Positions 51,301 through 60,300 of a DNA stretch of 64,000 nucleotides are shown piece after piece (the stretch's first letter is position 1; every line of letters begins with the position of its first letter). Origin of the DNA: Laetmonice hystrix (Eukaryota); the NCBI GenBank assembly GCA_965235115.1, contig OZ249443.1, positions 9,424,001 to 9,488,000 of the forward strand, read 5' to 3'. A program made the position numbers and the translations under genes. A model generated the notes under the pieces. That model worked only from the letters and a program-made list of their open reading frames with translations, made no database searches and was not told where the DNA came from.

Positions 51301-54300
51301 ATCAAATAATAATATTCAATGTTGAGGTCTTTCAGAGGAGTCTGGCTAACATTCAGGCCTCTGAGGTTTGGCCATCCAAATCAGGAGTCAGACTCCGGCC
51401 CTCTGTGTGTGATTCTCGCGGACACGTTATTGGAAACAATTGCGTTTCAGTCAACTTTTCCTCAGACATAAGCATGATGATTAGTTATTGTGCACCCCGT
51501 TCTTAAATGCATTCATCTCATGCCCCTAGCTTCCAGGGAAATAAAAAAAAAAGTATTTCTGTAACACTACTTTTATAGGCCTAGCGCCCAGACATGCTTA
51601 TTATTACGAAGAGCCTACTGCAACAACAATGTTGTATTACTGAAATGCCAATTAAATGAGTACGTAAGAGTTGTATAGCATCCCTTCAGGTTCAGCTGCA
51701 TTGTGATATACCTTAAGAACCTTAAAGCAAATAAATCAATTAGAAGATTCCGATGTCTACATCTCACATCCCAGCTTGTTTAGATCGAACAGGTGTGATG
51801 TTTCTTGAGGGTTTAGGTTCTAGGCTCTAGGTCATTACGCTGCTGCTGCGTTCGATCTACCGTTAGTATAGCTAAATCTTACTGTATGTTAGAGACTACC
51901 GACGATGGTACCCACTCACTACAAACCTGGGTTAGAGGAAGCCCAGTTTCGTTCTACTTCAGAGGTTTCTCCTGGAAGGTAATTTAAGGTTAGACGAGTT
52001 AGGAGTTTCTTATACCAGGACATATTGGGACTGACCCGCACAACGCCCTTTACTTAAACTTCCTTTGAGGACCTTCTGGAACTATCCACTTGCTTCCTTA
52101 GTCCATGCCCTGGTTCCTCGCGTCTTCTGCCGTTGTAATGCGTCCAATGCAAATGCGTTAAATAGGGCGAAAGATGGGGTTGGGAGTTTGCTGGAGCCTG
52201 GATGGGAAGGGTTTTAGCTTTGAATGAAGAGAAGGGGGGAAACGGATTAATCCTAAGCGGTAAGCTAGAGGTGTTGTGGAGTTAGCGGGTCTCGCCGGTT
52301 AGTTAACACATTCAGCGATTTCTCTCGTTCCCGCCACTAACCTGGGTTCCTGTGTGTTGTACATGGGGGAGTACTTGCAGAATTATAACCTCTGCTTTCT
52401 GGAAGAAAAGCACGCAGCATATTTTGCTTTTCGCTCGGAACAAGTGTCCCTAGCCAATGGGCTAACGACCCGTCCGATTTACAGTGCCCTTCTCTTGTCC
52501 AATCTTATTCCGTACCTCCGACTTGTTAAACAAGCAGCGTTTGCCCTTGGACCTGTGTGAAAGATGGGACCTGTTCTCACCCAGAAGTTAAGAGAGACGG
52601 TGCAATCTCAGGTAACCTCCGTCTTGTCAGCTGTGTGGCTTTTCACGCTTCAGAGGCGGAACACCATTTTGTATCTTATCGTATCAACAAAGCCTGTTAC
52701 TTTGTTATGTTCCTGGGAGTACTCATAAAAAAAGCCCTGTGTCTGTTTCTGTTTCCTGAAAGGCTGCGCCAGGACAGGCAAGAGAGGACGCGGATCCATT
52801 TGGAACGAGAATGTGTCGACATTGCTGAATAAGATCAAAGCAAAGATGTGTGTTCCCTAGATGTGAACTCTGCTAAGTCGGGAAAATATTGACGCCAAAT
52901 ATGAAAAAGCGATGAAGCGGCTTTATTGGGACGCCAACAAAATCGGTTATAGTAATCAGAATCGTCCTAGGAAAAGCCAGCGTTTGTAAACCGTATTTTT
53001 TCTGCTTCACGTACATTTAGTGGCCCAAGCGCCTACTTAGTAAGGGATCTTATCATTTTGGAAGAAAAAGAGCACCCTAAATTAAGACTGATCTTGCATA
53101 TCAGCCAAAACCGTTCTTACAGGTACCTAAGAGATCTTGGTAAACTTGGTAAACAAAGAGGATGGAAGAAGAGAATTGCATTGGTGTAGAGGAATTAAAA
53201 TCAGGTCATTACCTTAACCACTATGACACCATAATATAGGCCTATATAGGTAGGACGCATTGTCCCATGAAAAATGTATACATATAACTATGTAACAAAA
53301 AGGACAGGTACTTAAAATCTAAAATGAATAGAGCTATAATCCATAGGGACAATAGCTATTCATTTTTGTCCCACCAAAGATGATACATTGCTCATTTACA
53401 ATGACATTGATTTCTTTAATGTACGTCTTGGGATGTACATGATTAAACACCACAGACGAATGACATGAAGACTACATATCCTGTTTTCAGATGTATGAGG
53501 AAAGGGCATTTAACGCCTTTGAAGAACCTCGCGAAATGAAGCAAATAAGCGGATATAATCTTCGCAGCCGTGGCACATGTACATGGGCATTTCGTACATT
53601 ATTTGTATCCGTACCAGAGAGACTAGTCTATAGAGCCCTACGACCAGTCTCCCCGGTCAAATCAATGCATATATAAACACAACGTCAGGGCCATAGCCAG
53701 GCGGAGGCAGAAGAAACAGCTGCCACAACTTTGGGCCAGTTGAGTTTGAGGGAGGGCATGACTACAAGTTTCCCTTCGCTTTGCCCAGGGTTTTCTCTGC
53801 TTTCCTGGCCTGACTACGACCCTGGAAGAAATAAAGGGGTAAGCAGAAGTTACAGGCCCCTATGGAATCCTTGACGTAGAAGGATAGAATGAAACATTTA
53901 GGGAGTGTTGTGGCCGCCAAGGGGTTGAAGACCTCACCTTCGTTCCTCTTGTAAGGCAAACTGCCATCTGCAAGGCCGGAAACAAATCACGAGATTAAAT
54001 TAGATTAGAACAACCTGAGTATAGGATTCATAGAAACATGGCCACTCAACCTCTGTTTGGTCCGAGTTCTACTTAAAGTTAACAACGATGTGTTCTCCGA
54101 AAGAAAAATTATTCCTCTTTTGCCAGTAAAAGAAAGAGAAACGAAACCACATTCGCTGAGATGGAGGTGTCCAGAGTTCTGGAATACATTCTTTTATCTA
54201 GCTGTTTTACCTTTGGTTGCCTGCAGCACATAACAAGCGAAAAAGTCTACCTGGAATAATTTTATTAAGTATTTTATATTATGAGTTGATTTGGTGACAC

Positions 54301-57300
54301 AATTACGATAGAGACTATCGATAGTCAGGAGGCTTAATGTTGAGTAGAATTATATCTAGTATTATGGTACACTTATACTGCAATCATGAAGGGATCAGAA
54401 ATGAAACAGATGTTGCAGTGCATCAAATGGATAGTAAAGTTTCTCTTCATTTTCGTATATCGGAAGTGGAAAAATCTCACACCCAAGACACCTATAGTAT
54501 AAGATACCAAAAGGTGGATTCAAGCGGTGGTCTAATAGCGATAGAGTTGGAAGAATTCGTGATTATGCCCGAGCATTTCTGGCACAGAGGTGTTCGCATC
54601 ACCATCTAAAAGAAAATATTTCGTAAACTAGCGCAACTACCTTCATTACGTTTGAGAGTGTCACTCAAACTCCGGTACGGGATACTTCCGTCTGTAAACC
54701 GAGTGAGTTTAAAACGTTGTCACATATTATGATAAACGCCTTCTACCCAAACGTATCTTTAACTTTGTAGCTAATTTTCACAACAGATTATCAACTAACC
54801 GATAGCCGACTACATTTATCATGTTTAATGATAACTTAGATACACGGTACAGGCTAATATATTGAGCACGGCTATTTAATATTTAATAGTTTTAGTAATT
54901 AGATCTGGTTCCTAGCGGCCCTAGTATCCACGTGGAATTACGTCCATCAACGTCAAAAAGAAAACATGTCAAAAGCTGGTGCAAATACCTTCATTACGTT
55001 TGAGATTGCCACTCAAACTGCGGTACGGGATACTTCCGTCTGTAATACATAGTTACTGTGATCAATTGCTCTTTTCTAACACATTGGTCCTTAATTTATG
55101 GTTTTTTTTTAATTATCATAGTTTATTTAATATAATTTACACGACGGTGCTAAATGTTGTAGACGTCATCCTTTTAAAAGAAATATTTCGTAAATTGACG
55201 CAACTACCTTCGTTACGTTTGAGATTGTCACTCAGACTCCGGTACGGGATACTTCCGTCTGTAAACCGAGTGAATTTTAAACGTCAAATACCATGATAAA
55301 CAACTCCTATTCAAACCTATTCGGTAAGCTTCACTCGTTATATCCTGGCAATAAACGAGAATAAGTAATGATTACATTGGAACGTCTTACTCCTTACACC
55401 GCAAAGAATAGATTACCCAAATGTACACTATATTAGGAATTAAATAATAATTATTTTGTTTACAAAGTAATAGCTAAGACGGCGGTTCTGCGAGAAGTTG
55501 GACAGTTTCTAGTGGAACAATAATTTCTAGTGGAGTTGTGAATGTCACGAGTGTAAAGAAACCCTTTCAGAAACTGCTGAAAGTACCTTCGTTACGTTTG
55601 AGATTCTCCCTCAAACTCCGATATGGGATACTTCCGTCTGGAATCCGATTGATTTGAAAACGTCGTCACATAATTACTATCATAACTGGCTCATTCCAGA
55701 CATATTATTCTATATTTTGTGAAGTCTCCAACATGACAAAAAAAGATGAGATAACGTAGGTTCCCTATATTAGGAGATAAATAGTTGACGCGTTTTTAAA
55801 AAAATATAATTAAAATGGCGGTTCTGAAAGAGGTTGGACAGTTTCTAGTAATTTCTAGTCTACTGGGGTTGGTGACGTCAACGCATTATAGAAACCTTTA
55901 TAAAAACTGCTGTAAGTACCTTCATTACGTTTGAGATTCTCCTTCAAATTCCGGTATGGGATACTTCCGTCTGTAACCCGAATGATTTGATAGCGTCGTC
56001 ACATAATTTCTATGATAAATGGCTCTTTCCTAACAAAATAGTTTTAATATTATGAAGACGTTAACGTAACATTTTAGCCATTGACCAACTTAGCACACTA
56101 ATCTTGCGTATCTTGCCTTCGTATATTGGGGATACTTCGGTAATTTAGAAGGTTTCATTCCCAACACCACCCATTGGCACATATTCATGTTGTGTCTGTA
56201 CACGGCGGTCTTAACATTGAATTATTGGCACCACTAACTTAAAGAAAACTTTTAGAAACAGATACCTTCATTACGTTTGAGATTAGCACTCAATCTTCGG
56301 TACGGGATACTTCCGTCTGTAAAACGAGCGAAGTTAAAAGGCTCTCAAATATCGGGATAAACGGTTTCTATCCACACATATTAGTTATTCACTAACTCAT
56401 TCTGTAGTGTTAAATTATGCTACTTGTGTAGTATCAACATGACTAGGACGGTCCTGTACACAGCTATAACACAGATCATGGACGGGATTAATAAAACCAC
56501 CACCTTAAAGAAAATATTACAGAAATTGCCCCAAATACCTTCGTTTCGTTTGAGATTGTCACCCAAACTCCTGTATGGGATACTTCCGTCTGTAAAGCGA
56601 GCGAATTTAAAACGTTGTCAGACATATAAGTTATTTATAACGTTCCACCCGGAATTAACTACAAACTAGTTGGGCCCAAAGGGGATTCCTTGAGTTATAG
56701 TGTCGATAACGAACAAAAGTAAATCGGGTGACTTTATTTCTCGTACAATGGCTTTAAATATGGCATAAGATTGACACAATGAAATATGGCGCAAGGTAGA
56801 CGCAATGTCGTCCACCATACAACTCAAAGTTTCACTTGCGCACGCGCCTGCGCTGTCGTGTCGGAAGTGAATGGATTGCGCTGCTTACTAAGTTACTCTA
56901 ATGGCATTACTGTTTGTGTACAATTTGTCACACTTGGTACGGAAATAATGGCGGTCGGATGGCAACATTCGAGGGGTTTCGTATTAGAAGCCAATTCATT
57001 GGAATCTAGTGTGGACGACTCTACAGAAATAACGTTGGCAGACAAATAAGTGTCTCGCTTCCTACCAGAAAATATTGTGGAAGCGCGAGAATTTGCGTTT
57101 GATAAAACACTTTTTCTGGGGTATTTATGTGGAAGAGGTATATGCACTTTTTTGGAAAAACAAACCCTGACACTACAGAGAGCTGGTGCTTGCAGGCAGA
57201 CAAACAAAGTGACAAGTATCTGACCTGTCAGAGTATTTGCCCCAAGTCCAACCTTAATAAGTTGGAGTCACCTTTCTTTCAGTAAATGGTGATTCCAATG

Positions 57301-60300
57301 AATTGCTCTGCATATTGAACTGTGAGGAACAGTCAACTAAGTGAACATTGGTATTTCATCGTCCGCCATACTGTGAGCCATATTTCGGCGGCTCGCTCAG
57401 TGTTTTCGCGGATTGCGTTATACAGCCTCGACACGAGCTGCGTCGGCGAGAATGTGTCATTGTGTCAGTGAAAGTGATTGGTCGAGGAGTCGTGGGATGA
57501 TGAATGAGCCGCTCTATACGTTGGTCGTGTGGGCACACACACGACAAGTGTTTGTTGGCAATATCTTGCCTTGACAAGTCCTCGCTGCCCTATTCCTGCT
57601 TCTGATCGTCTTCCATGAATAGCTTATGATTTGACAATGTCTGACTCTGAACTGATCCTTTCTCATGACATTAATTGTTACCTTAAAGTAACAGGAAGCC
57701 ATATCTACAGGACGAGTCACATTATCTTTTAACTGATGAACGGTGTCGTATGTCTCGCAGAGACATGCAACGGGTTCATCAAAGGCATACGTATATCAAC
57801 ATGCATAAACAGAACTTGGTATGGGGAAATACGCATCGTTCCATGACGTCACAAGTCACTTGTTTGATGATTGCCTACGCGACGTCATGAGCTAGTACAT
57901 GACGTCATACTTGGACAATCGGAATGCTACACGGTACATATATCTGGAAAGCACGAATACTGCTGACGTATAGAGATAGACATTAGTCATACTTCTCATA
58001 AAAAAAAACAATCAAATGGAGATCGAGACCCATTCCGGAACGAGACTGATGAAAGGGGCGACTGTCACTTTGTGCTAGACGGAAGCACAGCTTACCTTCG
58101 TTTCTTTTATACGGCAACGAACCATCTGTAATGAAAACATTATTGGCGTGAAATAACATGGACAACTTCCTGCCGAGAACAAAACGGTTCTTACAAACCA
58201 AAGCAACTCGGTTAGTGAGAACAAATAGGTGAATGATGTGTTCCGATGACAGGACACGCGCGCGATTATCCGGACGGTAAAGCTCTGATTGTTCCGGGAC
58301 GCGCTCTCTGGGCCGGCTTGGTGGGCGATAATCAAAGACCTCTGCGTTGTATCCGTCACCCTTATTACGAGGACATTGTACCTGGGTGTCATGGCAACGA
58401 GCAGTGACTGCATAGATTGAGCTGATTGGCTGCGTGGGATAATATAAACATTATAGGACACATGTAAACAGAGAGTGTATAGCCAATATTGCCATTAGTT
58501 CAAAATCATGCGGAAAGTATATTTTTCTACAAACGGAAACAATAATTGAGTTGAAAATCAAACATGACTGTATTGTTCTGGGTCAGTCACTGGAGGGGGC
58601 ATTATTAGAGAATATTGCACGTTGCAAGGGTGACTTTAGTGCTTCATGCTACAATAATAAGCTCGAGGTGATTGCAATGTCTACCTTAGTACATTGCTGA
58701 ATTATAAACCAATACGGAAGTAGGCCTACTGGTTTTTCTATAGCTGGCCTGACGTATATCCTTTCAAATGGTTGGTTACATCGATTTCTTTTCAGAACTC
58801 CTGATCCTGGTCACGAGTTATCACTTGACCTTTTTATTTACATAAAAAAAATCAACATGCCGAAGCTATATTTATTTTGTATTTTATACCGTCCATTTAA
58901 ACATGCGGCGCTGATATCGAAGAAGCTTTTATGCCTAAGTCGACCAAAAATATTACAATGTCGCATGATTCGGGTTTGCAAATCACCCATGAACTAAAAA
59001 TGGACGCATAATGTAAATTATAGCGGCACCAGCGTGTACTAACGAAACAAAATATAAATGTTAGCCGCACCAGCGTGTGCTAACGAAACATAATGTATAT
59101 CAAGATTCCATGGATGAAAACCTTCGCAGTAATTATCGTGACTTTTATAGGAGGCCGTGGCTTCATTAAGAGGTTCTAGCTACTATGTTGCCCACCAAGT
59201 CACGTTCAAAGAGAACCGTTTAACAAAACTTTTACTTGCCATTTTCGGGCAAAGGCGAATAAATAATTTTCCCAAAGAACTTTTCTTCGACCTACCTTCA
59301 TTTCGTTTATGTGAGTAGGACACTTGCTCATCTGAAAGAGACAAAAATATGGAAATTGTCACTGAGCGATTCCTGACGACCAAAGAAAAGAGATACTTTC
59401 TTCTACTGATTAGCGGCAAATGTGAACTGGCATTTGACTCAGCATTTTGCTTTAGAGGTACAAGAAAGCTGAGACGGCGATATGGCGGATGGCGGGGAGG
59501 GAAGGGGGCAAGGAAAATGAGGCCTTAGAAAGTCCCAGATCCGATTGCTTGCTCAGTAATTAAGGTGTGACATTGGTCCATTTGGCCAAACGCGCCGTTT
59601 GCTTTAAAGATCCATGTACGGTACTCCGTGTGGACTCGACTTTTTGACAGATTTGTAGCCCGCCCGATATCTGACATCAAAAATAAATCATTTCGCTCTC
59701 TCTCTCAAAACTTTTCAAAGGTTTGGCTTCAACAGGAAGTACGGTCAGGTTGAAATTTGTTACGCTTCAAAATTACTGTCTGTAGCAGTATACGAAGTGG
59801 GAATCACCATGTTTTTAATGGATACAGAATCCGGCTTCTTATTTTGCCCAGCTGTAGGCTGGCAAAAAGAATAAATATAACAAAGGAATTGATTGTTTCA
59901 AAACTGACTTCATATACTTCGAACAAAACAAGTTAAATCATTATAGTCCCTGTCCATCTTTTACGTTGGTCATTCTATTCCAGGGATTTGTCATAATAAA
60001 GTTTTCATACTCAATTAACAATAATACTGTGGCCATAGGCGGAATAATGTCTCTGCATTAAGGCAAAAAGGAATATAGAAAAGATATCTTTTACACACGA
60101 GAAAAGTTTTGCGATTGAAACTTTTTATGCGTTCTTTGTGACTAACAGCTCGACGTCACCATGCGTATTTAAAGAAAAGATCTCTATAGCTAAGATGAAA
60201 GACATGAATAGAGTACAATACAATTTCAAATAACTGTCTTGAAATATTCACATCCGAACGAGCAGTAGCAAAGAGAAATATGTTCTTGGGAGGTTCATTG

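Noticed and set aside
52516-52552. 37-nt AG/GT segment (G)PRANAACLTSR
   Set aside because: Not a multiple of 3; it would put the next exon out of frame and into a stop.
56110-56145. Degenerate copy of the repeat exon (CGAAGTATCCCC...TACGAAG|gcaag on the minus strand)
   Set aside because: No acceptor AG and only partial similarity; at best a pseudo-exon.
54641-56589. CRISPR-like array (regularly spaced direct repeats of about 50 bp)
   Set aside because: Spacers are 168-328 nt and partly homologous to each other, the repeats vary synonymously and have splice sites, and there are no cas genes in this eukaryotic context.
54979-56669. Plus-strand ORFs containing LPSLRLRL..LRYGILPSV
   Set aside because: These are antisense shadows of the minus-strand exons. 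Third-position variation and splice signals fit the minus-strand frame.
54641-58125. Neurotensin/contulakin-like assignment from the PY motif
   Set aside because: Those peptides end in PYIL-type C-termini. Here PY is followed by R or KR, so the similarity is only two residues.
60160-60189. Candidate 30-nt phase-1 exon (A)IEIFSLNTH
   Set aside because: Good acceptor and open frame, but no similarity to the other exons. Such AG..GT pairs arise by chance, so it needs RNA evidence.
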